In this document: positions 10,134-20,315 of the stretch, one piece after another | Numbering within the stretch: the stretch's first letter is position 1 | How the letters are laid out: the number at the start of each line of letters is the position of its first letter | Source of the DNA: an uncultured Pseudomonadota bacterium | Lineage (GTDB): Bacteria > Oederibacteriota > Muellerivitia > Muellerivitales > Muellerivitaceae | DNA length: 64,000 nt | NCBI GenBank assembly: GCA_963836235.1 | Contig: CAWIIP010000001.1 | Coordinates: 512,175-576,174 of the forward strand | Direction of reading: 5' to 3' | Translations under genes and position numbers: made by a program | Notes under the pieces: generated by a model | Database searches by the model: none | Told to the model about the DNA's origin: nothing | What the model saw: the letters and a program-made list of their open reading frames with translations, nothing else

Positions 10134-10919
10134 TTACCTGACGATTCCGCGTTCGGAAGTAAGAAGAAAATCGATAAGATGTTTTACCTCTTCTATTGGG
10201 GGAAAGTCCGTTGAAAGGACCCGAAGCGCTTCTTTCATCGTTAATTTTTGCCGAAAGATGATCTTATGGGCTTTTTTTAACAGTTCTATCGATTCTTTTG
10301 AAACATTGTTTCGTTCTAGACCAATTTGATTTAAACCATAAATACGCAAAGGTTCGTCTCCGGCCATCATAAATGGGACGACATCTTGAACCACACGAAA
10401 CCCGCCCCCAATCATCGCAAAACGCCCAACTCGGACAAATTGATGTATTGGAGTCCCTCCGCCGACAGTGGCATAATCCTCAATTACCGCGTGCCCACCC
10501 AACATCACACCATTGGCGAGCTTAACATGGTTTTGAATGATGCAATTGTGTCCCACATGGGCTTGGATCATGATCCAGTTATCGTTTCCAATAGTGGTTT
10601 TTGAGCCCTCACCCGTTCCAGGATTAATCGTGACATATTCCCGAATGACGTTTTCATCACCAATCTCGAGATAAGTTTCTTCCCCGTGGTATTTCACATC
10701 CTGGGGTTCACTACCAACGACCGCTCCCGTAAAAAACCTATTTTTTTTGCCGATAACCGTGTGACCCGTAATGACGCAATGGGCCCCAATCAAGGTCCCT
10801 TCTCCAATCGAAACCTGCCCATCAATGATCGAATAAGGCCCTACATTGACACCCTCTTCTAGCTTTGCATTCGAATTGACGATTGCTGTCGGGTGTATTT
10901 TGACCGATGATACAGGCAC
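10134..10919 (-). CDS. lpxA: UDP-N-acetylglucosamine acyltransferase LpxA
   Basis: IHPTAIV, hexapeptide repeats, PQDVKY, HVGHNC, IHQFVRVG; GTG start at 10919 next to the fabZ stop. Confidence 0.95.
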   Translation of the reverse strand: MPVSSVKIHPTAIVNSNAKLEEGVNVGPYSIIDGQVSIGEGTLIGAHCVITGHTVIGKKNRFFTGAVVGSEPQDVKYHGEETYLEIGDENVIREYVTINPGTGEGSKTTIGNDNWIMIQAHVGHNCIIQNHVKLANGVMLGGHAVIEDYATVGGGTPIHQFVRVGRFAMIGGGFRVVQDVVPFMMAGDEPLRIYGLNQIGLERNNVSKESIELLKKAHKIIFRQKLTMKEALRVLSTDFPPIEEVKHLIDFLLTSERGIVR

Positions 10920-10920
10920 T

Positions 10921-12258
10921 TTAATTTTCCTTTTTAGAGGCGTCCTTCTCAACAATAGCGCAAGTGATTTCCGCTTCCACCGCCAATTGGTCGTCCACCA
11001 GTGCTTTACCTGAAACCTTGGCAATTTTTCCGCGATTAAACAGAACGTCTATTTCAAAACGAATCTGATCTCCGGGGGTAATGGGTTTTCGAAATCGGGC
11101 ATTATCAATACCCGCAAGGTATAATATTTTTTCGGAATTCCCCTCTACACCCGTCAAAAGAGCCATTCCACCAACCTGGGCCATAGCCTCAATAATCAAA
11201 ACTCCTGGCATGATGGGATGACCCGGAAAATGACCTTGAAAAAAAGGCTCGTTGGCCGTGACATTCTTAATTCCCACTACTCGCTTATTGGGTTCCAATT
11301 CCAAAATCCGGTCGACCAGTAAAAATGGATACCGATGTGGAAGAATTTTCTGGATTTGAAGGATATCTAACATAGTCTCCTCTTTTGAAGCGGTTTTTAT
11401 ACCTTCGGTACCATTTCCGAATTTTTTTAAAATAGCCTTGGCTAATTCAACATGGTAACGGTGCCCGGCCTTCCTCACTGTGATCTTCGCCAATAAGGGG
11501 CGATTTAAGAGCATTAAGTCACCCAATAAATCAAGGGTTTTATGCCGAACTATCTCATCTTCAAAACGATAAGGGCCGTTTAGAATTCCTTTTTTTCCAA
11601 TTACTAAGGCGCACTCCAAATCCCCACCCTTTATCAATCCTTGCCGACGAAGTTCCTCAATCTCTTCCTCAAAACAAAATGTTCGGGCAGAAGCCAATTC
11701 ACATTCAAAATTTTTTTCCGAAAGAAAAAAAACTTTTTTCTGATTTTCCAGACCCGGATAAGGGAAGGATGTTGTCACGTCCAGTTCAAGTGCTTCTGCA
11801 GGTTCCGCTTTTAAATAAACATCGCCAAAACTCAGTTCAATAGTTTCCGTGACCCTCAAAGGCAATATTGGTTTATTCTGTTCCAACAAACCTGCTTTTT
11901 TAAAAAGTTCAAAAAAGGGGGCGGCGCTGCCGTCGAATATTGGCATCTCTTCCGAATCCATTTTGACTTTGATATTGTTGATGCCGCAGCCATTGATCGT
12001 CGCCAAAAAGTGCTCAATTGTGTGGATAGTTGCTCTTTTTTCACCCAGGAGAGTCGTTCCCCGGATCGTATTGGAAACAGCTTCAGGCGTTACGGGAATT
12101 TCAGCGTTTAAATCAGAACGAAAAAAACGAATACCCGATCCCTCTGACAATGGGGAGACGTCCACCCGACATTTTTTGCCTGTATGCAATCCCACCCCCT
12201 CGAAAGAAAACGAATGAGCAATCGTTTTTTGGGGTTTTGCTTTAAAATTACTTTTCAT
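10921..12258 (-). CDS. lpxC-fabZ: Bifunctional LpxC-FabZ fusion
   Basis: LpxC motifs [28 protein letters not shown]; C-terminal FabZ motifs [31 protein letters not shown] in the same frame. Confidence 0.95.
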   Translation of the reverse strand: MKSNFKAKPQKTIAHSFSFEGVGLHTGKKCRVDVSPLSEGSGIRFFRSDLNAEIPVTPEAVSNTIRGTTLLGEKRATIHTIEHFLATINGCGINNIKVKMDSEEMPIFDGSAAPFFELFKKAGLLEQNKPILPLRVTETIELSFGDVYLKAEPAEALELDVTTSFPYPGLENQKKVFFLSEKNFECELASARTFCFEEEIEELRRQGLIKGGDLECALVIGKKGILNGPYRFEDEIVRHKTLDLLGDLMLLNRPLLAKITVRKAGHRYHVELAKAILKKFGNGTEGIKTASKEETMLDILQIQKILPHRYPFLLVDRILELEPNKRVVGIKNVTANEPFFQGHFPGHPIMPGVLIIEAMAQVGGMALLTGVEGNSEKILYLAGIDNARFRKPITPGDQIRFEIDVLFNRGKIAKVSGKALVDDQLAVEAEITCAIVEKDASKKEN

Positions 12259-13297
12259 CAGTTTTCACACTACCAAGTTTTTCAAGGGCCCTTTCCAATT
12301 GACGAATTCGCTTCAACAATCCTGGCAACTGCCGATAAGCGGCAACGTTTTTCATCTCAGAAGTCATATCAGTAGAAGGTGAACCCCAATAGACTCCTTT
12401 TTTTACGACATCATCCATCACCCCTGTACTTGCGGCTAAAACCACATCGTCAGCAATCTTGAGGTGTCCCGCAATACCCACCTGACCGCCGATCATAACG
12501 TTTTTTCCCACCTGGGTGGAGCCCGAAATTCCACTCAAGGCCGCTATGACTGTGTGGTCACCAATCACAACGTTGTGTCCGATTTGAATTAAATTATCCA
12601 ATTTACTTCCTTTGCCAATACGGGTAGTCCCAAGAACAGCTCGGTCGACGCAAGTATTGGCACCCAACTCAACATCGTCTTCTATGATCACGTTACCAAC
12701 TTGGGGTATTTTTCGGTAGCTCTTACCGTCTTTAGCAAAACCAAACCCATCGGAGCCAACAACCACTCCAGGTTGGAGAATGACTCGGTTTCCTAGCACA
12801 CAATTTTCTCTTACCGTGACATTTGGATAGAGGTGACAATCTTCTCCCACAACCGCATTTTCTCCGATAAAAACGCCGGGGTATAAAATCGAACGGGGAC
12901 CTACTTTGGCTCCGGCTGAAACCGTGGCCCCATTGGCAATACTGGCCAGAGAATCTACAAAGGCCTTGGAGTGAACAAAGGCTCCATTTTCAATCCCGGG
13001 GAGAGGAGAGACAATAGGATGAAACAAGGCGATGATCTTGGAAAGGGCGGCATAAGGATTGGCACTTAACAAGCAGGCCTTGAAAACCCCCGGAATAGGC
13101 GCTTCACATAAAATAGCAGAAGCGCGGGTTTCCGTGGCCGCTTTCATATAACGAGAATTCGTGACGAAGGTAATATCCCCTTCCTTCGCCGCACCTAATG
13201 TTTCAATGCCGAAAATTCTCATAGACCCATCCCCTTGTAGGATGGCCCCAATCTCCTGCGCCAATCTCTCCAGCGAATAAGAAACTTCCATACTCAC
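12248..13297 (-). CDS. lpxD: UDP-3-O-acylglucosamine N-acyltransferase LpxD
   Basis: [26 protein letters not shown], hexapeptide repeats. Confidence 0.95.
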   Translation of the reverse strand: MSMEVSYSLERLAQEIGAILQGDGSMRIFGIETLGAAKEGDITFVTNSRYMKAATETRASAILCEAPIPGVFKACLLSANPYAALSKIIALFHPIVSPLPGIENGAFVHSKAFVDSLASIANGATVSAGAKVGPRSILYPGVFIGENAVVGEDCHLYPNVTVRENCVLGNRVILQPGVVVGSDGFGFAKDGKSYRKIPQVGNVIIEDDVELGANTCVDRAVLGTTRIGKGSKLDNLIQIGHNVVIGDHTVIAALSGISGSTQVGKNVMIGGQVGIAGHLKIADDVVLAASTGVMDDVVKKGVYWGSPSTDMTSEMKNVAAYRQLPGLLKRIRQLERALEKLGSVKTDEK

Positions 13298-13315
13298 CGT
13301 TTTTTATCCAATTCG

Positions 13316-13849
13316 TTACTTTTTAGAATCAGGGTTGTCTTTAGAATCCGCAGCGGCTGCTTTTTTAAATTGGTCAAGGATATCGTTTGTTAAATCGATC
13401 GGATTATTAACATAAACAGTTTTGTCCGAATCCAAGACAAGATCTATTCCTTTATCGCTAGATACGGAGGAAACAATTTTCTTGATTTGATCGACAATAT
13501 CTTGGGTCATTTCACTTTCATCTGCCATCAGCTCTTTCTGGACTTGTTCGGTGGCCTGATTGTAAGCGCCTAACTTATCGTTATACTCTTTTTCCTTTTT
13601 CAACCGTTGTTTTTCCGAAAGAATCGAGCCACCTTCGCTCAACTCTTTTTGCAGATCAATCAATTCCTGTTTTGAATCTGCCAAGTCCTCTTTTTTCTTT
13701 TCTTCCAAGTCGCCTAACTTCTTTTTGGCTTTTTCATATCCGGGGTAACTTGTAAAAAGTTTCTGCATATCAACCGTCGCAATTCTAAAGTCTCTTGCCG
13801 AAACCACGGAGGCTGCTAAAAAACAACACAACAAAGTTATAATGCGCAT
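13316..13849 (-). CDS. skp: Periplasmic chaperone OmpH/Skp
   Basis: Signal peptide, RIATVDMQKLF, long coiled coil, IDLVLD..IDLTNDIL; upstream of lpxD. Confidence 0.85.
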   Translation of the reverse strand: MRIITLLCCFLAASVVSARDFRIATVDMQKLFTSYPGYEKAKKKLGDLEEKKKEDLADSKQELIDLQKELSEGGSILSEKQRLKKEKEYNDKLGAYNQATEQVQKELMADESEMTQDIVDQIKKIVSSVSSDKGIDLVLDSDKTVYVNNPIDLTNDILDQFKKAAAADSKDNPDSKK

Positions 13850-13976
13850 GCTAGCTCCTTGTTTGTTTCCTGCACTGTTACGAACAGGCCGGATGAAATT
13901 GAAGCGAAATCTTACACGAAGCAGCAGAAGAGAACAATGGAAGGTTTTAAAAAGGGCTATAATCCTGATTTTTAAA

Positions 13977-14357
13977 TTATCCTTCAGCTGATTTCGATAA
14001 TTTTTCTAAGAGTTCTCTAAAATGAGGATGCATGACCAGGAACTGAAGGCCATACTCATACCTCCCTTGGTTTGGATAATTAGCATGGTTGGCGCGGACT
14101 ACTTTTGCCTCAGCTCGGACTATTTCTTTAAAGCTTTCCAAAGGAAACTCCACTTCAACCCGGGAATCGACTTCCAGGTAATTTTTTGTGGATAGGAAAA
14201 ACCCTGTTCGGCTTATATTCGAAATAATGTTGTTCCCGTTGTGGAGTTCCGACTCTGGTCTTTCTCCTGAAGGTGATTCCAGAAGACGAAAGCGCAAATG
14301 TATCCTCACCCAAAACCGTTGGGCAATGCGTTTATCCGAAGGGAGAGAAAATGTCAT
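13977..14357 (-). CDS. Single-domain PilZ protein (c-di-GMP receptor)
   Basis: RxxxR (KRIAQR) and NxSxxG (NISRTG) motifs, YGLQF near the C-terminus. Confidence 0.85.
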   Translation of the reverse strand: MTFSLPSDKRIAQRFWVRIHLRFRLLESPSGERPESELHNGNNIISNISRTGFFLSTKNYLEVDSRVEVEFPLESFKEIVRAEAKVVRANHANYPNQGRYEYGLQFLVMHPHFRELLEKLSKSAEG

Positions 14358-14577
14358 TATGATTCCCGGCTTCAGAAATGTAATCCTCGAAATTGTCTCC
14401 AAGAAGATCGACTGAAGCTCTGCGTCGTAATTGGATTGAAACTACCGGGACTCTCAATGTGCCTTTTGTTTTCCAAAATATGGTAGCACAATCAAAAAAA
14501 GGCAATCCTGCCAAAAAGTATTATGGTTAGAGAAATCACCATTTATTGCTTTTTTGAATAAATTTTAGCTTTGGAGA

Positions 14578-15615
14578 TTAAAGAAATAACAGGACTACTG
14601 TCACTACAGCCGTGGCGCCCACCGCCAAAACTTTTACCGTATTGGAAGGTTTTTTCTTTTGGACATCCACATTGCTTATTTTCATTGCGTCGAAAGGTCT
14701 ACCATAACTCCAGAAATCCTCTTCCTGAATTTTAGGCTTCTCCTGATTGGTGGCTGCTGGTTGAGCGCTGACAACTGTTTGTTGGGACTGTCCTACGGAC
14801 ATTCCTATGTAGGGCATAACATTAATTCGACCCAAACTGGGGTTATACAAACCATCATAAATAGTTCGAACGATTTGTTGGGCGTCAAGAACACGAAAAT
14901 CGTTGTTAGGGGCAGTCATGGATTTCGCTGATGAATTAACGATATTAAATTTAATGTTATTGTAAATTTTGTTACCCGAAATATTTGGCGTTCCAAAATC
15001 CTTCAAATAAAACCCGTAATTATTATTATAGATTTCATTTCCCGTAACGATAGGACTCGCCGTATCTGACAAAAGATTTATTCCGTAACCATCCGCCGTA
15101 ATCCGGTTTCCAATAATCTGAGGTTGTGAATTCGCACCTATTTCCACTCCACTCCGAGCTCCATAAATTGCGCTTTGTGTAATGATCGGCGAAGATCCAT
15201 TGCAAACAACCCTTCCGCCTTTAATCATGCAACTTTGTATAATCGAATTTGCAGAATCAGAATTATAAAAGTAGATCGCTCCCCACAAGGAACCTTGAAC
15301 CGATGGATTGAAAGAAATCGGCATCGTGGAATTACCAACCGCTTTTAACCCACCTTGAATAACTAAGTTGGGTCCAGCTCCCTGCTTTGTCGTATCCGAA
15401 GCCGCAAACTGAACTTCAACCCCAGGGTCTATGGTAAGAATAGCGCCCTTGGAAACAATGACATCATTTTGAATTACATAAGGACTATTATCTTTGGTCC
15501 ATTCGCTAGAAGCTGCGATCACTGTATCCTTAACAAAAGTGGGACCGGTTCCCCAAGCGAATTGGGAACCCATCATTAGAAATAATCCGGTCAAGAAAAA
15601 TAGAAAATGTTTCAT
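14578..15615 (-). CDS. Secreted right-handed parallel beta-helix protein with C-terminal hydrophobic tail
   Basis: Signal peptide, WTKDNSPY..LTIDPGVEV, repeated PxIxGNxIYNN units, C-terminus KVLAVGATAVVTVVLLFL. Confidence 0.75.
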   Translation of the reverse strand: MKHFLFFLTGLFLMMGSQFAWGTGPTFVKDTVIAASSEWTKDNSPYVIQNDVIVSKGAILTIDPGVEVQFAASDTTKQGAGPNLVIQGGLKAVGNSTMPISFNPSVQGSLWGAIYFYNSDSANSIIQSCMIKGGRVVCNGSSPIITQSAIYGARSGVEIGANSQPQIIGNRITADGYGINLLSDTASPIVTGNEIYNNNYGFYLKDFGTPNISGNKIYNNIKFNIVNSSAKSMTAPNNDFRVLDAQQIVRTIYDGLYNPSLGRINVMPYIGMSVGQSQQTVVSAQPAATNQEKPKIQEEDFWSYGRPFDAMKISNVDVQKKKPSNTVKVLAVGATAVVTVVLLFL

Positions 15616-15799
15616 AAAAGATCGCCTCTTTTTAGAAAAGTGGAAAGCGTTATCAGTCTAACAAAAGGCTAATCCTTTGCAAAGTTAATTCCCGAAAGGA
15701 CATTGATCATGTTGTCCAGCTGTGGTTTCTAACAACAATCCATTTCAAAATCGGGAAGGTTTAAAACGTTAAAGCCGGGGAAAGTAAAAAAAATTAACT

Positions 15800-16851
15800 G
15801 CTGAATTCAACCAGTAAGTGCAACACCTAGACGAAAGACCTGCTCCGGCGTTTTGAAGCGAAGGCACTTGCGTGGACGGCTGTTGAGAGCCCGCTCCACA
15901 CGTCGCACGTTCGCTGGAGTTATGGTAGCAAAATCGGTTTTCTTTGGATAGAAGCGCCGCACCAAACCATTAGTGTTTTCGACGGTTCCCTTTTCCCAAC
16001 TGTGGAAAGGAAGACAGAAAAAGGAACGGGTTCCTAAGAGATTGTTAACTTGAAGATGCTCGATGTTTTCAGAGCCGTTGTCGTAAGTAATGGTCCGGCG
16101 TAACCCCTTCGGAAAGAGGGTGAGCCGTCGATTGATAGCTGCTCGTGTTTTCGAAGCGGACTTTTGAGGCAACCAGGCGAGTTTCACGAGGCGGCTTTTT
16201 CGTTCGACCATCACCAAAAGGGAGGCTTTACTTTTTCTGGAGATGATGGTGTCCGCTTCCCAGTGACCAAATTGACGCCGCGTCTGCACGATGGCGGGTC
16301 GTTGAGTGATCGGAGTTCGTTCTGGAATATGGCTTTTTCGATGTTTGTGCGAATGCCATCGGCGAAGCCGCTTTCGATGGGAACGAGCCAAGAGAGGGAT
16401 GAGGTTTCGGGCTTCGGAATAAATGAACTGGTAGACGGCCTCGTGGGAAATGAATAGTTTGGAGTTCTCAAGGCGAAGCTGACCAGCAATTTGTTCGGGA
16501 GAAAACCCCTGATGAAGCTTACGCAAAACATGTTGTCGGATCCCTGGTTTTTTGAGACGCAGATGGGTCCGAGAGAGTTGGTTACGCTGGGTAGATCGCA
16601 GGTGAGCCCGAGCTGGTAGATAACGGCCAGGACGTAAAGGTGGTGCGTTACGCTTCAACTCTCGGGAAACACTGGACACATCACGTTCGAGGCGTCGGGC
16701 GATTTCTCGTATGGAGAGGCCTTCTGCCTTCCAAACTGCGATTTCTTCAGGTTCGGCCAACGACAGGTGCTTGTAGGATTGTTTCATAAAACTTAGGATA
16801 ACCCCCGGATTCTGCCGGGGCTAAGTGTTGCACTTCGCTATTGAACTGGGG
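15800..16851 (-). mobile_element. IS30-family insertion sequence, complete, 1052 bp
   Basis: Imperfect terminal IRs (TTCAAccagtAAGTGCAACACcTAG vs TTCAAtagcgAAGTGCAACACtTAG on the opposite strand); flanking ACT at 15797-15799 and 16852-16854 fits a 3-bp target duplication. Confidence 0.9.
15807..16787 (-). CDS. IS30-family transposase
   Basis: N-terminal HTH (SIREIARRLERDVSSVSRELKRN), GHWEADT, TITYDNGSE, WEKGTVENTNGLVRRFYPK, LNSRPRKCL. Confidence 0.96.
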   Translation of the reverse strand: MKQSYKHLSLAEPEEIAVWKAEGLSIREIARRLERDVSSVSRELKRNAPPLRPGRYLPARAHLRSTQRNQLSRTHLRLKKPGIRQHVLRKLHQGFSPEQIAGQLRLENSKLFISHEAVYQFIYSEARNLIPLLARSHRKRLRRWHSHKHRKSHIPERTPITQRPAIVQTRRQFGHWEADTIISRKSKASLLVMVERKSRLVKLAWLPQKSASKTRAAINRRLTLFPKGLRRTITYDNGSENIEHLQVNNLLGTRSFFCLPFHSWEKGTVENTNGLVRRFYPKKTDFATITPANVRRVERALNSRPRKCLRFKTPEQVFRLGVALTG

Positions 16852-17164
16852 ACTTTTATCTTCACAGATAATTTTCAACGATCAGACTCCGTTTTAAGTA
16901 AACTAAATTTTAATCACGTCATTTAGTATATCGAGCGATCACATGCTATTAATAGATTTTAAACCTGTTAATTTTACATTCCTAATAGAAGTTTTGGTCG
17001 AATTTCCCAAATGGTCAAAGCAATTCCACGAAGGCAGTGAATCGAAAATGAAGGATTAGAGGGCAAGCAAGAAATGATATTTTAATATTATTCGAACAAT
17101 GCTTCTTCTACTGAAAATATATAAAAACTGTCATTGTACTTCGTTTTCGACATCGAGCAAAATA

Positions 17165-17506
17165 TGGTGGAGGTGGTGGGAATCGAACCCACGTCCTGAA
17201 AAACATCCGTAATGGGCCCTACGTGCGTAGCTCAAGAAAGGGTCTCGCCCCCCGCTCGCTCCCGAGCAGCCGGCGGAGAGCCAGTTCCTTTGTTTCTCGT
17301 CCGCCCATCGGTGGAACAACCCTGTTGCGAACCAGCCTACTGCATACGTTCCCTCCCCTTAATAGGCATCAAGGGCGAAACGCTAACCGCTTAAGCGGCC
17401 AGAGCTAACTGATTGTCGGCAGTTAAACCGTTGCCATGTTTGACGAGCGATGGCGCCTCGACACGCTCCCAAAAGTTCAGCTTCCCAGTCGAAACCGGTC
17501 ACCCCC
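17165..17506 (-). ncRNA. ssrA: tmRNA; tag peptide (A)ADNQLALAA
   Basis: 5' GGGGGTGACCGGTTTCGAC; 3' GGGTTCGATTCCCACCACCTCCACCA; acceptor stem with G3-U wobble; tag frame GCC GAC AAT CAG TTA GCT CTG GCC GCT TAA at 17420-17391. Confidence 0.96.
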
Positions 17507-17534
17507 ACGTTTAAATTCACCAGCAGACCGCATG

Positions 17535-17831
17535 CTAAGGCTTAATCCCCAACTTTTCAAGGATCGCCGGAATATCCGATATTTCCACCTTCGTAAACCA
17601 CAGGTTATCCGGATAGAGCAGCACATTGGCGCCTTCTTCACAGACATCGAGACATTTGCTTTTAGAAACGCGGATGTGCTTTGCCTGGCCCGCCGTCTTA
17701 ACCGCTTCTTTCAGTTTTTCGGAAACCTCCTTTCCACAAAAGGTACCTCCACAGGAAACCCGTTCACCTTCGGGTCTTTCATTGACGCAAACAAAGACAT
17801 ACTTTTCAAATTCGGGTTTCGAGCTCTCCAT
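17535..17831 (-). CDS. Thioredoxin-like [2Fe-2S] ferredoxin
   Basis: VFVCVNER...SCG...CLDVCEEGANVLLYPDNLWF. Confidence 0.88.
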   Translation of the reverse strand: MESSKPEFEKYVFVCVNERPEGERVSCGGTFCGKEVSEKLKEAVKTAGQAKHIRVSKSKCLDVCEEGANVLLYPDNLWFTKVEISDIPAILEKLGIKP

Positions 17832-18244
17832 TATTCCCCCATCACCTTGATAATCAGCCTCTTCTTCCGCTGTCCGTCGAACTCGGCGTAATAAACCTGC
17901 TGCCAGGGACCAAAGTCCAACTTTCCGTCCGTCACGGGCACAACCACCTCATGATGAACGAGAAGGCTTTTCAAATGAGAATCCCCGTTGGTCTCGCCCG
18001 TCTGATGGTGCCGGTAGCCTTCTTTGTAGGGTGCCACCTTTTCCAGCCACTCGTCAATATCGGAAATCAGACCATCCTCGGCATCATTGACGTAAACCCC
18101 GGCTGTTATGTGCATGGCGGAGACGAGGACCATGCCTTCCTTGATTCCGCTTTTCTTGACTGCCTTTTCCACATCCGCGGTAATGTTTATATATTCACGG
18201 TGCTTTTTGGTATTGAACCACATGTATTCAGTTAAGAACTTCAT
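17831..18244 (-). CDS. yjbQ: YjbQ/UPF0047 protein (secondary thiamine-phosphate synthase family)
   Basis: [34 protein letters not shown]. Confidence 0.92.
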   Translation of the reverse strand: MKFLTEYMWFNTKKHREYINITADVEKAVKKSGIKEGMVLVSAMHITAGVYVNDAEDGLISDIDEWLEKVAPYKEGYRHHQTGETNGDSHLKSLLVHHEVVVPVTDGKLDFGPWQQVYYAEFDGQRKKRLIIKVMGE

Positions 18245-18253
18245 CGTGTCTCC

Positions 18254-19072
18254 TTAACGTTCCCATATTACCAAAAGAATACCCAGAACAATGAAAAGCG
18301 CCCCCAAACCACGCCCTTTCCAATCATGCTGTTCTTTGAGATGAAATACACTTAATAAAAACGCGACCACCATATTGATTCGAATCAAGGGACTCATGCG
18401 GCTTAAGGGAGCCAGGAAGAGAGCTAAATAAAAACAGTAAGTCGCCAAAACTGACCCCAGCGTCAAATAGCGGTGGGCCCAAATATTAACCGCGATCCGG
18501 CTGATCACCTTTCCCGGTTTATTCCCCAAGGAAAGAACAGTGCAAAAAATCGCGCCAACCAAAAAGGACACACAGGCATGTTGTATTGGATCGGCCTGTC
18601 CAATCACCCATTTACTGGAAAGACTGCTGAAGGCCCCGATCACCGAAGCCGAAAAACCCCACCAGGACCAATGCCCCCGGTAATAAAGCCATAGCGCTCC
18701 AACCACAACTAGGCCAACACCCGCGCCCAATGCCGCATCCATTTTTTCATTTAAGAACTGGTATCCCAAAAAGAAAACAAAGATAGGGGTCAAATTACTC
18801 AAGGCGTAACTAGAGTAATAATCTTTTTTGGCTCCCCGAGCCAACGTCCAAATGCCTAACGACTCAAAGATTCCGCTAAAAACCGTATAAACCCACCACT
18901 CGATTGAAACAGGACTCCATTTCAATAGGGCGATAGGCGAAAGAAGAGCCACGACACCCCAGCGAATCGAAGCGGTAAAGGGTAAAGCGCCTTCCTTTTG
19001 AACCTTTCCCTTGATTTGGGAAGTCCATAAGGCGTTAAAGATTCCCGAGCCTAAGGAATAGATGACCCACAT
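18254..19072 (-). CDS. DMT/EamA-family transporter
   Basis: About 10 TM segments in two EamA-like halves; ATG 19072 overlaps the upstream TGA. Confidence 0.8.
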   Translation of the reverse strand: MWVIYSLGSGIFNALWTSQIKGKVQKEGALPFTASIRWGVVALLSPIALLKWSPVSIEWWVYTVFSGIFESLGIWTLARGAKKDYYSSYALSNLTPIFVFFLGYQFLNEKMDAALGAGVGLVVVGALWLYYRGHWSWWGFSASVIGAFSSLSSKWVIGQADPIQHACVSFLVGAIFCTVLSLGNKPGKVISRIAVNIWAHRYLTLGSVLATYCFYLALFLAPLSRMSPLIRINMVVAFLLSVFHLKEQHDWKGRGLGALFIVLGILLVIWER

Positions 19073-19898
19073 CAGGCTATCGCCACAAAGATGAGCCCGG
19101 CGAAGATGAGACCACCCCCTAAAGCTTTGGATTTCCAACCGGACTTTTCTTTTAACAGATAATAGCTGAAGAAAAAGCCAAACAATAAGTTGGCCCGGAC
19201 CAGTGGATTAATTTTTGAGACCGGCACGTATTTTAAGGCGATGTAAAACAAGAGCGATGCCAAGAAAGATAAAAAGGCGACCGGCAAGACTTCCATCCAA
19301 TCCTTTTTGATTACACGCCTCTTACCCTTCATTTGTTTTGACTCCAAATGTTCCTGGGGAATAAGCACCAAAGCGGCGACCAAAAAAGAACAAAAAGTGA
19401 AAAACAACGGTGGTGAATCCATCAAGGCTTTTTTGCTTAGAACCGCCGCGACCGTCGAGAAAACCGCGCCAATTAACCCCGGCCAGGACCATCGGCCCAT
19501 TTGATGAAAGACAAAAGCACCAACCGCGATAAGGATTCCACCGGCCAACAAGGCGGGCGGTTGAGCCTCAGATAACAACCAGGGCGCGGTCAAGACCGTA
19601 AAAAGGGGGTTAAATTATAAAAAGCGTAGGTTGAGTAATAATCTTTTTTGATGCCGGTGGTGAGAAGGCAGATTCGGCCACCCTCAAAAACACCGGCCGC
19701 TGCCGTTAATGCCCACCAATGCCAGGAAGTGATCCAGGACCATTGGTAAAGGGCGAAAGGCAGCAACATCAAACAAACCAGGGTGCGGAAAACCATCGTG
19801 AATTCACGTGAGGAGATGTGGTTTAAAACTTTCTTGGATAGCGCGGTCCAAAAGGCGTTAAAGAAACCGGCGATAACCGCCATTCCGAGCCAAATCAT
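19072..19898 (-). pseudogene. DMT/EamA transporter paralog split by a single-base frameshift near 19600
   Basis: ORFs 19590-19898 and 19072-19593 join into one protein colinear with the adjacent paralog (KKDYYSTYAFYNLTP vs KKDYYSSYALSNLTP) if one T is added to the minus-strand CCCCCTTTTT run at 19600-19609. Confidence 0.8.
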
Positions 19899-19904
19899 AA
19901 CCGC

Positions 19905-20315
19905 TTAGTGTATCGGTTCTTCGTCAAATTGGGAGGTTTCGTTTAAGACCCAGGACTTCATCGAAGCGAACTTGCCTTTTTGAATCGACATGATCACATA
20001 AGAAAATCCAGGCCAAGCGGCCTGCCGGTCCGTCTCGGAAGCCCTATCCGGGTGATCGGGATGGGAATGGAAAATGCCCACCACATCCAATCCCTTCTGC
20101 CGGGCTAAGGCTTCTCCCTTCATATAATCTTTAGGATCCATGTCATAGCGGGTTTCAGGTTTGAGTTTATTTAAATTTCCACACTCAAATACCTCGGTCA
20201 CAGTCCTGCTCTCTCCCGCTTTACCGAATATCAAACCACAGATTTCATGGGGATATCCACGTTCTGCAATGGTGATCATTCGGGTTTTAGCTTCCGATTC
20301 AAATGAAATCATCAA
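19905..20315 (-). CDS. mec: JAB/Mov34 metallopeptidase, CysO-cysteine peptidase (Mec+)-like
   Basis: YPHEICG and FHSHPDHPDRASETD JAMM motif; adjacent to cysteine synthase. Confidence 0.85.
   Translation of the reverse strand: MMISFESEAKTRMITIAERGYPHEICGLIFGKAGESRTVTEVFECGNLNKLKPETRYDMDPKDYMKGEALARQKGLDVVGIFHSHPDHPDRASETDRQAAWPGFSYVIMSIQKGKFASMKSWVLNETSQFDEEPIH

Noticed and set aside
16852-17164. Prophage or island attached to tmRNA
   Set aside because: No integrase, no duplicated ssrA 3' end and no phage genes
17131-17408. Short ORFs over this interval
   Set aside because: They overlap the tmRNA; only the tag peptide is meaningful
19596-19612. Programmed -1 ribosomal frameshift
   Set aside because: The in-frame sequence is not an X XXY YYZ heptamer and no stimulatory structure is evident
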